A stretch of DNA of 64,000 nt from Pseudomonadota bacterium (lineage in GTDB: Bacteria > Desulfobacterota > Desulfarculia > Adiutricales > JAGVGV01): contig JAZDGM010000024.1 in the NCBI GenBank assembly GCA_043806915.1, positions 31,240 to 95,239 on the forward strand, read 5' to 3'. The position numbers and the translations under genes are program-made. Shown here piece by piece: positions 52,850 through 61,150 of this stretch (its first letter is position 1; every line of letters starts with the position of its first letter). The notes beneath the pieces are model-generated. The model was not told the origin of the DNA and searched no databases. It saw nothing but the letters and a program-made list of their open reading frames with translations.

Positions 52850-53767
52850 ATGTCCTTGCTGTCGCATCTTGTCGGCGCGCCTGGATTCAGGAATGGTTTC
52901 GCGCAAGTCAACGGCCGGCGCCTGCATTACGTGGGCGTGGGGTCCGGCGAGCTGATGATCTTTATTCACGGGTTTCCCGAATTCTGGGGAGAGTGGGTCG
53001 GCCAGTTGCCCGAGTTCGGCCGCGACCGGCTGGCCGTGGCCCTGGACCTGTGCGGTTACAATCTTTCCTCCATCCCCCTGGACCCGGCCGATTATCAGAT
53101 CGGGCGCCTGGTGGGAGACGTGAAAGGGCTGATCGAGCATTTCGGGTGCGAAAAAGTCACCCTGGCGGCTCACGACTGGGGCGGCGGCGTGGCCTGGGCC
53201 TTGGCCGGACGCTTTCCGGAGTTGGTGGAAAAGCTGATAATCATCAATTCGCCTCACCCGGGGGTTTTCGCCCGGGAGCTTTTACTGAACCCCGCCCAAA
53301 GGGAAGCCAGCGCCTACATGAACGTCCTGAGGGGCCCCGACGCGGAAGCCTTCCTGACCGCGGATAATTTCGCCTGGTTGTCCGCGAGCCTGTGGGGGCC
53401 CGACAGCCGGTGGCGCCCCTCGGAAAGCGAAAAACAACCTTATTTCGAGGCCTGGTCCCGTCCCGGCGCCCTGACCGGCGGCGTCAATTACTACCGGGCT
53501 TCCCCCCTGTATCCGCCGCAAGGCCCGGAGGATGAAACCCGCTTGGAGGGCTTGCTCGGCCTGGCCAAGTCGGTTTTCCAGGTCCGGGTCCCGACCCTGG
53601 TTATCTGGGGCGAGCTGGACCAGGCCCTCCTGCCCGGAAACCTGGTCGGCCTGGAAGAATACGTCGCGGACCTCGCGGTCGCCCGGATTCCCGACGCGGA
53701 CCACTGGGTGGTGCATGAAAAGCCGGACGCGGTCAACCGTTTGATCCGGGATTTCCTGGATGGGTGA
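52850..53767 (+). CDS. Alpha/beta hydrolase (epoxide hydrolase / dehalogenase-like)
   Basis: HGFPEFWGEW oxyanion region and nucleophile elbow AHDWGG. C-terminal DADHWV supplies the catalytic His. Confidence 0.85.
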   Translation: MSLLSHLVGAPGFRNGFAQVNGRRLHYVGVGSGELMIFIHGFPEFWGEWVGQLPEFGRDRLAVALDLCGYNLSSIPLDPADYQIGRLVGDVKGLIEHFGCEKVTLAAHDWGGGVAWALAGRFPELVEKLIIINSPHPGVFARELLLNPAQREASAYMNVLRGPDAEAFLTADNFAWLSASLWGPDSRWRPSESEKQPYFEAWSRPGALTGGVNYYRASPLYPPQGPEDETRLEGLLGLAKSVFQVRVPTLVIWGELDQALLPGNLVGLEEYVADLAVARIPDADHWVVHEKPDAVNRLIRDFLDG

Positions 53768-54052
53768 ACCGGGAAACATGACCGGCCCGACCGGCTCCGG
53801 GGCGGGGCCCCCCCCGGCGCGTTCCGTATTTTCATTGACAGGCCCAAACAGTTTGAGCTACATCCAAAAAAGCTTAGTCGAGCCAATTGCATCACACGGA
53901 TATTTGGCCCAAATCCAGGGACGGCGAAAATTTTAGCCCGCGGACATACCGAAAGATTTTGGTAAGTTAAAATTGAGCCTGACGACAAGTTGGGTCAAGG
54001 ACCCCGGTTTTGCAAGCGGCGAGGTCATATTATTATTGCGGCGAGGATTAAG

Positions 54053-56710
54053 ATGAAAAAAATCCGATTGAAAGTCAACGGACGGCCCAAGCAAGCGCTG
54101 GTGGAAGAAAAGGACGTTCTGTTGGATTATCTGCGGAGCGAACTTAATTTAATCGGGACCAAGCAGTCTTGCGACCGCAAGGGCCAGTGCGGCGCCTGCA
54201 CGGTCATTGTCAACGGTCGGGCGGTGTTGTCTTGCCTGACCAAGATGAAGGACCTGGAAGAGGCCGACGTCATCACCGTGGAAGGCCTGGGGACCCCGGA
54301 CAACCCCCACTTCATCCAGGAAGCCTTTGTGCTGGCCGGCGCGGTCCAATGCGGTTTTTGCACCCCGGGCATGATCATGGCCGCCAAGGCCCTGCTGGAT
54401 AAAAACCCCTCCCCCTCTGGGGAGGAGATCAAGCGCGCCCTGCGGCGAAACCTTTGTCGGTGCACCGGGTACGCCAAAATTATCGAAGCGGTGGAGTTGG
54501 CCGGGCGATTCATTCGCGGCGAGGCTTTTCCCGAACAGATGAAGGTCGACCCCAACGGCGCCAAGATCGGTGTGTCCCATCCTCGCCCGTCCGCTTACCT
54601 GAAAGCCTGCGGAACCGCCGAATTCACGGCCGACCTTAGGGCCCCGGGCGCCCTGGAACTGGCCGCCGTCAGGAGCCCCTGGCCACACGCCGAAATACTG
54701 GGCGTCGACTATGCCGAGGCCCTGGCGTCGCCCGGAGTGGTCGGCGTGATGACCGCCCGGGATATCAAGGGGACCAACCGGTTGAAGTATATCGTGGCCG
54801 ACCGGCCGGTCCTGTGCGAGGACCGGGTCCGCTACATCGGCGACCCCGTGGCCGTGGTCGCGGCCCGGACCCGGGACGAGGCCCTGGCGGCCGTGGAAAA
54901 GGTCCGGGTGGACTACCGGCCCCTGCCGGTCCTAGGCAGTCCGGAAGAAGCCCTGGCGCCCGAGGCCGCGCGGCTTCACCAGGAGTTTCCCAACCTGTGC
55001 TTTTCCTTTCCGACGGTCAAGGGCGACGCGGACCGTGCCCTGGCCGACTCGGCCGTGGTGGTGGAGGCGCGGTTCACCACCGGATGCAACCATCAGGCCC
55101 CCCTGGAGCCGGAAGCCTGCCTGGCCTATTGGGAAGGGGAAGGGGAGGACGCCCAACTGGTGGTCGTCGGCCGGAGCATCAACATTCACCATCACCTGCG
55201 CATGCTTCAGGACGCCGTGGGCTGGGAGAACATGCGTTACGAGGAGGCCTTTACCGGGGGGCAGTTCGGCATCAAGCTCGAAATCAGCTCCGAGGGCGTG
55301 GCCGCCGCCGCGGCGCTCCATTTCCGGCGTCCGGTCCGGTATATTCCCGGCCTGCTCGAGTCCATGCAGATGACGTCCAAGCGCCACCCGTTCGACATGA
55401 AGGTCCGGCTCGGGGCCGACGCCCGGGGCCTGCTGACCGGCTACGACATCGACATCACCGTGGACAACGGCGCCTACCATTCCAACGGCAACGTCATCGT
55501 CAACCGGGCCTTGCAGATGCTGTCCGGTTCCTACAACATTCCCAACGTCAAGGCCCGGTCGCGCCTGGTTTACACCAACAATCCCTGGGGCAGCGCGGCC
55601 CGGGGCGCGGGGCCGCCGCAGGCCCATTTCGCCCTGGAATGCGCCCTGAACAAGTTGGCCGAGAAACTGGGACTCGACCCCCTGGAATTCAGAAAGATGA
55701 ATTCCCTGCGCCCGGGACAAAGCAAATCCACGGGCCAGGTGGTGGAGGAATGGCCGTTCCCGGAACTCTGCTCCGCCATCCAGCCTCATTACGAGAGAAG
55801 CCTTCGGGAAGCCGAGGGACAACGGGAAGGCCGGGTCCGGCGGGGCGTGGGCCTGGCCGCCGGGGCGTTCGGCATCGGCTCGCCCGGGGACCAGGGCGTG
55901 GCCTCGGTGGAATTGGACGAGGACGGCGGCGTGACGATTTACGCCGCCGCGGCCGATCCCGGCGAGGGCAACGACGCCATGTTCACCCAGTTGGGGGCCC
56001 ATGTCATGGGACTGCCCCTGGACAAGGTACGGCTGGTTTCCCGGAACACGGACCTGACCGCGGCCTCGGGCCCGGCGGCCGGCAGCCGCATCACCTTCAT
56101 GATCGGCGGGGCCGTGGAGGACGGACTCAAGAAACTGAAGGCGGCCATGGCGGAAACCGGCGCCGGGAACGCCGCGGAATTGAAGGCGGCCGGTCGGCCG
56201 ATTCGCTATCTCGGCCAGAAAAAGTCCTTGGAAGCCGGGCCCCTTGACCCCCAGACCGGGCAGGGGCCGTCCTTCGACTCCCAGGTGCACGCCTTGCAAC
56301 TGGCGGAAGTCGAGGTCGACCTGGACACCGGGGAGGCGCGGGTTATCCGCATGACCACCGCCGTGGACGCCGGGACGGTCATCAACCCGCTCAATCTCGT
56401 GGGGCAATTGCACGGCGGCATGGACATGGGGACCGGGTGGGCCTTGCGGGAGGAATACGTTCCCGGAAAGACCAAGGATTGGGTCACCTTCAAATATCCG
56501 TCCATGAAAACCGCGTTCGACATGGATGTCATCATCCAGGAGACGCCGCGTAAGCGGGGGACCGCCGGCGCGGTGGGCGTGGGCGAGATGACCATGGTCC
56601 CGACGGCTCCGGCCGTGATCAGCGCGATTAACGACGCCTGCGGCGTTTGGATTCACGATCTCCCGGCCGTTCCGGAAAAGATCAAGGCCGCCCTGGCGGC
56701 CAAGGCTTGA
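54053..56710 (+). CDS. Molybdopterin aldehyde oxidoreductase, single-chain MOP type (2x[2Fe-2S] plus Moco domains)
   Basis: [2Fe-2S] motifs CDRKGQCGACTV and CGFCTPGMIM ... CRCTGY, followed by about 700 aa of xanthine-oxidase-family Moco domains. No FAD domain. The length is close to the Desulfovibrio gigas MOP class. Confidence 0.9.
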   Translation: MKKIRLKVNGRPKQALVEEKDVLLDYLRSELNLIGTKQSCDRKGQCGACTVIVNGRAVLSCLTKMKDLEEADVITVEGLGTPDNPHFIQEAFVLAGAVQCGFCTPGMIMAAKALLDKNPSPSGEEIKRALRRNLCRCTGYAKIIEAVELAGRFIRGEAFPEQMKVDPNGAKIGVSHPRPSAYLKACGTAEFTADLRAPGALELAAVRSPWPHAEILGVDYAEALASPGVVGVMTARDIKGTNRLKYIVADRPVLCEDRVRYIGDPVAVVAARTRDEALAAVEKVRVDYRPLPVLGSPEEALAPEAARLHQEFPNLCFSFPTVKGDADRALADSAVVVEARFTTGCNHQAPLEPEACLAYWEGEGEDAQLVVVGRSINIHHHLRMLQDAVGWENMRYEEAFTGGQFGIKLEISSEGVAAAAALHFRRPVRYIPGLLESMQMTSKRHPFDMKVRLGADARGLLTGYDIDITVDNGAYHSNGNVIVNRALQMLSGSYNIPNVKARSRLVYTNNPWGSAARGAGPPQAHFALECALNKLAEKLGLDPLEFRKMNSLRPGQSKSTGQVVEEWPFPELCSAIQPHYERSLREAEGQREGRVRRGVGLAAGAFGIGSPGDQGVASVELDEDGGVTIYAAAADPGEGNDAMFTQLGAHVMGLPLDKVRLVSRNTDLTAASGPAAGSRITFMIGGAVEDGLKKLKAAMAETGAGNAAELKAAGRPIRYLGQKKSLEAGPLDPQTGQGPSFDSQVHALQLAEVEVDLDTGEARVIRMTTAVDAGTVINPLNLVGQLHGGMDMGTGWALREEYVPGKTKDWVTFKYPSMKTAFDMDVIIQETPRKRGTAGAVGVGEMTMVPTAPAVISAINDACGVWIHDLPAVPEKIKAALAAKA

Positions 56711-56717
56711 GCCGCGC

Positions 56718-57086
56718 ATGACGGCGGCCCCGAACACCGAGGGCGAGGGCCAAGCCCTGGTCCCGGGGCCGCGCGTCAGGCGTATCGATGGTCGCGAGGT
56801 GGTCTTCGACGGGGAAGACTTCCTCGCCGACCCCGACGCCTGGTCGGAGTCCCTGGCTCTGGCCCTGGCCCGCGAAGCCGGACTGCCGGGCCTCGACGAC
56901 GTCCAGTGGCGGGTTGTCAAATTTCTGCGCGAATATTATTACACCCATGGCCGCGCTCCCCTGAACCGCCAACTGCGCGAAGGCGCGGGCCTGAGCCTTC
57001 TGGAATTGGAAAGCCTTTTCCCGGGCGGCATTCAGCGGGGCGCCCGCCGGCTGGCCGGCCTGCCCAACCCCAAAACCTGCCAGTGA
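56718..57086 (+). CDS. TusE/DsrC-family sulfur-relay protein (single C-terminal Cys)
   Basis: DWSESLALALAREAGL..., HWRVVKFLREYYYTHGRAP and the C-terminal AGLPNPKTCQ match the DsrC/TusE fold. Only the near-terminal Cys is present; the second DsrC Cys, about 10 residues upstream, is absent. Confidence 0.8.
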   Translation: MTAAPNTEGEGQALVPGPRVRRIDGREVVFDGEDFLADPDAWSESLALALAREAGLPGLDDVQWRVVKFLREYYYTHGRAPLNRQLREGAGLSLLELESLFPGGIQRGARRLAGLPNPKTCQ

Positions 57087-57104
57087 GGGCCGACGGGAGG
57101 GGTG

Positions 57105-58250
57105 ATGATCTACCTGGATAACGCGGCCACGACCTTTCCCAAGCCCCCGGAAGTCCTGGCGCAAATGACGGCGACCTATGCCCGGCTGGGGTGTTCCCCC
57201 GGACGCGGCGGGTACGACGCCGCCGTGGAGGCGGAGGAATTCGTTTTCCGGGTCCGTTCCCGCCTGGCCGGTTTTTTCGGCGCTCCCGACCCGAACCGGG
57301 TCGTCTTCGCGCAAAACGCCACCGACGCCCTCAACCTGTGCCTGCAGGGAGCGCTCGGCCCCGGGGACCATGTGGTTTCCACCCGGTTGGAACATAATTC
57401 GGTGCTGCGGGTCCTGTTCCATCTCCAGGCCAGCCGGGACGTTCGCTTCGACCTGGTCCCCTTTGACGGCGCCGGGTTCATCGATCCGGACGACGTGGCC
57501 CGGGCCATCCGGCCCGAGACCAGGCTGGTGGTGATCAACCATGCCTCCAACGTCCTGGGGACGGTCCAGCCGGCGGCGGAAATCGGCCGGGCGTGCCGGG
57601 AGCGCGGGGTCCCCCTGGTCCTCGACGCGGCCCAGAGCGCCGGCCTGGTCCCCCTTGACATGACCGCCTGGGGGGTGTCGGCCGTCGCCTTCACGGGACA
57701 TAAGGCCCTCCTGGGCCCGACCGGGATCGGCGGGCTGGCGGTCGCGCCGGAACTGGAATTGGCTTCCACCAGGTTCGGCGGCACCGGAGTGGATTCCCAA
57801 AGCCTTTTTCACACCCCGGACTACCCCCAGCGGTTGGAGGCCGGCACCTTGAACCTTCTGGGCGTGATCGGATTGTCGGCCGGCCTGGATTATTTGGCGA
57901 AGGACGGACCGGGCGCGGTCCCGGCCCGGGAATTGATCCTGGCCGCGAGACTGTGGGACGGGCTGGCCCGGTTGAAGCGAATACAACTTTACGGCCAGGC
58001 TCCCGCCGAAAACCATGTTCCGCTTTTTATCTGCAATGTCGACGGCATGAGACCGACGGACGTCGGGGCGGTCCTGGACGGCGATTTCGGCGTGGCCGTG
58101 CGCACCGGACTGCACTGCGCGCCCCTGGCGCACGAGGATTTGGGGCTGGGCGGCCGGGGCGCGGTTCGATTCAGCCTGGGATACGCCACCACCGCCGCCG
58201 ACATTGACCAAGCCGTCGCCGCCATGGCCCAAATTTGCGGACAAGGCTGA
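57105..58250 (+). CDS. Class V aminotransferase-fold cysteine desulfurase (NifS/CsdA-like)
   Basis: MIYLDNAATTFPKP N-terminus. PLP-lysine context AFTGHKALLGPTGIGGL. Late conserved region RTGLHCAPLAH. Confidence 0.85.
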   Translation: MIYLDNAATTFPKPPEVLAQMTATYARLGCSPGRGGYDAAVEAEEFVFRVRSRLAGFFGAPDPNRVVFAQNATDALNLCLQGALGPGDHVVSTRLEHNSVLRVLFHLQASRDVRFDLVPFDGAGFIDPDDVARAIRPETRLVVINHASNVLGTVQPAAEIGRACRERGVPLVLDAAQSAGLVPLDMTAWGVSAVAFTGHKALLGPTGIGGLAVAPELELASTRFGGTGVDSQSLFHTPDYPQRLEAGTLNLLGVIGLSAGLDYLAKDGPGAVPARELILAARLWDGLARLKRIQLYGQAPAENHVPLFICNVDGMRPTDVGAVLDGDFGVAVRTGLHCAPLAHEDLGLGGRGAVRFSLGYATTAADIDQAVAAMAQICGQG

Positions 58251-58330
58251 TTGTTCTCCCCGGGGCCGGACCTCGTCGGGGCGGCGCCCGCTTTTCCACT
58301 CTTCCCGCGAGCTAAAAACAGGGCCGCCGC

Positions 58331-58359
58331 TTGACCCAGCGGCGGCGATCCTCTAATAT
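58331..58359 (+). promoter_or_regulatory. Candidate sigma70 promoter (TTGACC, 17 nt spacer, TAATAT) overlapped by the GCCGCCGC/GCGGCGGC inverted repeat
   Basis: Hexamers read directly. The 8 bp inverted repeat (58323-58346) spans the -35 element. Confidence 0.5.
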
Positions 58360-58415
58360 TAAGGCAACCGCGCCCACGAAGGGCGCACGAACCTTAAGCA
58401 TAAGGAGGATTTGGA

Positions 58416-58676
58416 ATGGAAGGAAAGCACGAACACAAGCATTTGCACGCCCATGAGCACACCCATGCGCATGCGCACGAACACCGGCATGGGGACGAGG
58501 TTCACAGCCACGAACACACCCATGTCCACAAGCATGAACATGTTCACGAACATTCCCACCAGCACGCGCATTCCGGGGACGTCGAGCTTCACAACCACGA
58601 CCATGAAGGCGAACATGGGCTTCATGAACACGATCATCCCGGGCATGGCGCCGAGGTCCACGGCCATTCCCACTAG
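58416..58676 (+). CDS. Histidine-rich HxH-repeat protein (probable metal-binding/storage)
   Basis: 86 aa with 34 His by my count, mostly in alternating H-x-H register (HEHKHLHAHEHTHAHAHEHRH...). AAGGAGG lies 7 nt upstream of the ATG. It has its own promoter and a strong terminator. Confidence 0.75.
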   Translation: MEGKHEHKHLHAHEHTHAHAHEHRHGDEVHSHEHTHVHKHEHVHEHSHQHAHSGDVELHNHDHEGEHGLHEHDHPGHGAEVHGHSH

Positions 58677-58711
58677 GTTTGTTACAACCTTTACAACTTA
58701 TTGACTATTTC

Positions 58712-58739
58712 GGGCGGCCCCGCCGCCCTTTTTTTTTTT
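58712..58739 (+). terminator. Intrinsic terminator
   Basis: GGGCGGC-ccc-GCCGCCC followed by 11 T. Confidence 0.85.
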
Positions 58740-59107
58740 CGGCCTTTTCGGAAAAAATGGGGGCCGGTCCTAGACCACCACATTCACCACCAGCCCCTTG
58801 AGGTCGAACCCTTCATCGGGCCTTCCGGCGGTTCGTCTTCGACCCGGGCCGCGACCCCGGGCGGCCGGCGCTTCCCGAGGCGAAGGGTCGCGCCCCCGGC
58901 TGTCTTGTTCGGAAAAATCCCGGTTTTTTTCAACTTTTTTGACGGTCGAGACCAGTGGAATCCGCATGGCCAGGTCCTCCCATGCCCCGGGGGTGTTCTT
59001 TCATGATAATTATCGGCAAACCTGACGCTCTACTTTAGTTTTTTTAGAAAAATACTTCAGGAAAACCTACAAAATGACCGAGGGCCGGGATAAAATTCGA
59101 CCATTCA

Positions 59108-59137
59108 TTGACAGTCCGCTTTTCGAAAGACTACAAT
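59108..59137 (+). promoter_or_regulatory. Candidate sigma70 promoter (TTGACA, 18 nt spacer, TACAAT)
   Basis: Near-consensus hexamers 28 nt upstream of the rnj start codon, with a GGAGA RBS between them. Confidence 0.5.
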
Positions 59138-59164
59138 CGAACACCGAGTTGGAAGGAGATTGGC

Positions 59165-60844
59165 ATGATCGACCCGTACGTCGACGTTATCCCCTTGGGG
59201 GGCCTGGGGGAAATCGGGCTGAATATGATGGTTTTGGAGACCGAATCGGACCTGGTGGTCATCGACGCCGGCCTGATGTTTCCGGAAGAGGACATGTACG
59301 GGGTTGACCTGGTCATTCCTGATTTTTCGTATGTCGTCGAAAGGGCCGACCGGGTCAGGGCCATTATCCTGACCCATGGGCACGAGGATCACATCGGGGC
59401 CCTGCCGTTCCTGCTCCGGCAGGTCAACGTTCCGGTTTACGGCACGCAACTGACCCTGGCCCTGGTCAGGAACAGGCTCAGGGAGCATAAACTGCCCTGG
59501 GGAGTCAGCCTGGAAACCGTGGCGCCTCGCGACAAACTCCAGGCGGGCGATTTCGGTTTCGAATTTATCCGGGTCAGCCACAGCATCCTGGACGGAGTGG
59601 CCCTGGGCGTGGAAACGCCGGTGGGCCGTTTTATTCATACCGGGGACTTCAAGATCGACCAGAGCCCCATGGAAGGGGACCGGATGGACCTCATAAAATT
59701 CGCCGAGTACGGCGAAAAAGGGGTCCTGGCCTTGTTTTCCGATTCCACCAACGTGGAACGGCCGGGGTACACCATGAGCGAACAGGCCATCGGCCGGAAA
59801 TTCCGGGAAATTTTCCGGGATTGCCCGGGCCGGATCATCGTGGCCTGCTTTGCTTCCAGCCTGGTGCGAATTCAGCAGGTGGTCGACGTGGCGGAATATT
59901 TCGGCCGCAAGGTCGGCTTCGACGGCCGGAGCATGGTGAACAACGTGGCCATAGCCAAGGAATTGGGATACCTCCGGGTCCCCGAGGACATGGAAATCCG
60001 GGCCTCGGGCCTGAGGGCCTATCCCGACGACAAGGTGGTCCTGGTGACCACCGGGTCCCAGGGGGAGCCCATGAGCGCCCTGGCCCGCATGGCCGCCAAC
60101 GACCACAAGCAGATTCAAATCAAGCCGGGGGACACGGTCATTTTGTCTTCCCGCTTCATCCCTGGAAACGAGCGAGCCATCACCAAGATCATCAACAATA
60201 TGTATCGCCGGGGGGCCCAGGTGATCTACGAGACCGTGTCCGAGGTCCATGTTTCCGGACACGCCTACCAGGAAGAGCTGAAACTGATGATCAACCTGAC
60301 CCGCCCCAGGTTTTTCACGCCCATTCACGGCGAATACCGGCATCTCATCAAGCACGCCGAGCTAGCCCAGGGAGTCGGGATACCCAAGGAAAATTGCTTT
60401 GTGGCGGAAAACGGGGACAGAATAAGGTTCGACTTGGCCGGTTGCCGCAAGATCGACCGCATCGAAACCGGACGGGTCCTGGTGGACGGAAAAGGCGTGG
60501 GCGACGTGGGGCCGGTGGTGTTGCGCGACCGGCGGCACCTGGCCGAGGACGGGGTGGTCCTGGCCTATTTGACCATTGACGAGCGCACGGGAGAGATATT
60601 GACCGGCCCGGACTTGTTTTCCAAGGGGTTTATTTTCGAGGAAGACCAGTCCTTCATCCTGGAGGACGCCAAATGCCTGATCCTCGAGGTTTTTGACCGC
60701 CTGTCCGAATCCAGGGGGCCGGATGGCGCTTTGCTCTACGATTTAGGAGAGATAAAGGTCGAAGTCCACCGGGAGTTGAAGCGGTTTTTTTACCAGATAC
60801 TCGAGCGCCGCCCGGTGATAATTCCTCAAATAGTGGCTCTGTGA
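59165..60844 (+). CDS. rnj: Ribonuclease J (metallo-beta-lactamase / beta-CASP)
   Basis: VIPLGGLGEIGLNMMVLE and HGHEDHIGALPF motifs, with beta-CASP and C-terminal domains. Start taken at the ATG at 59165. Confidence 0.9.
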   Translation: MIDPYVDVIPLGGLGEIGLNMMVLETESDLVVIDAGLMFPEEDMYGVDLVIPDFSYVVERADRVRAIILTHGHEDHIGALPFLLRQVNVPVYGTQLTLALVRNRLREHKLPWGVSLETVAPRDKLQAGDFGFEFIRVSHSILDGVALGVETPVGRFIHTGDFKIDQSPMEGDRMDLIKFAEYGEKGVLALFSDSTNVERPGYTMSEQAIGRKFREIFRDCPGRIIVACFASSLVRIQQVVDVAEYFGRKVGFDGRSMVNNVAIAKELGYLRVPEDMEIRASGLRAYPDDKVVLVTTGSQGEPMSALARMAANDHKQIQIKPGDTVILSSRFIPGNERAITKIINNMYRRGAQVIYETVSEVHVSGHAYQEELKLMINLTRPRFFTPIHGEYRHLIKHAELAQGVGIPKENCFVAENGDRIRFDLAGCRKIDRIETGRVLVDGKGVGDVGPVVLRDRRHLAEDGVVLAYLTIDERTGEILTGPDLFSKGFIFEEDQSFILEDAKCLILEVFDRLSESRGPDGALLYDLGEIKVEVHRELKRFFYQILERRPVIIPQIVAL

Positions 60845-60864
60845 TTTTTTGGTGTTTTTTTCCC

Positions 60865-60893
60865 TTGACAAACCGGCCGAGAACTTACATATT
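60865..60893 (+). promoter_or_regulatory. Candidate promoter for tRNA-Val (TTGACA, 17 nt spacer, CATATT)
   Basis: Hexamers read directly. About 25 nt upstream of the mature tRNA 5' end. Confidence 0.35.
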
Positions 60894-60918
60894 GTCCCGG
60901 TTGATTGCTGATTTCCAT

Positions 60919-60993
60919 AGGCGCGTAGCTCAGGGGGAGAGCGCTACCCTGACACGGTAGAAGTCAAGAGTTCAAATCTCTTCGCGCCTACCA
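60919..60993 (+). tRNA. tRNA-Val (anticodon GAC), CCA encoded
   Basis: Hand-folded cloverleaf: acceptor AGGCGCG/CGCGCCT, D stem GCTC/GAGC, anticodon stem CTACC/GGTAG with loop CTGACAC, T stem AAGAG/CTCTT with loop TTCAAAT. 75 nt. Confidence 0.9.
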
Positions 60994-61150
60994 TGATTAT
61001 TCTCGGGGGTGGGTGACAACGGCCCTTGCTTCGTTAAGTGATTGAAAAAGGCGTCTGGGGCATACCCCTAGCCGCCTTTTGATTTCTTATAGCCGAATTC
61101 AGATCGAGCGCCGGCGGGTGGTCGAGAAAACAGCGAAAGCGTTTCGAGCC

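Noticed and set aside
58359-58673. The 104 aa ORF on the minus strand opposite the His-rich gene (Met/Val/Phe-rich).
   Set aside because: It is the mirror image of the CAC/CAT-GAx repeat. The plus-strand ORF has the RBS, promoter and terminator in the correct orientation; the minus-strand ORF has none.
58770-58967. The 65 aa minus-strand ORF (MRIPLVSTVKKVEKNRDF...RGRGPGRRR...GFDLKGLVVNVVV) between the His-rich gene and rnj.
   Set aside because: No RBS or promoter is evident, the composition is Arg/Gly/Pro-biased as in shadow ORFs, and I recognise no family. It is not reported as a gene, although a small basic protein cannot be excluded.
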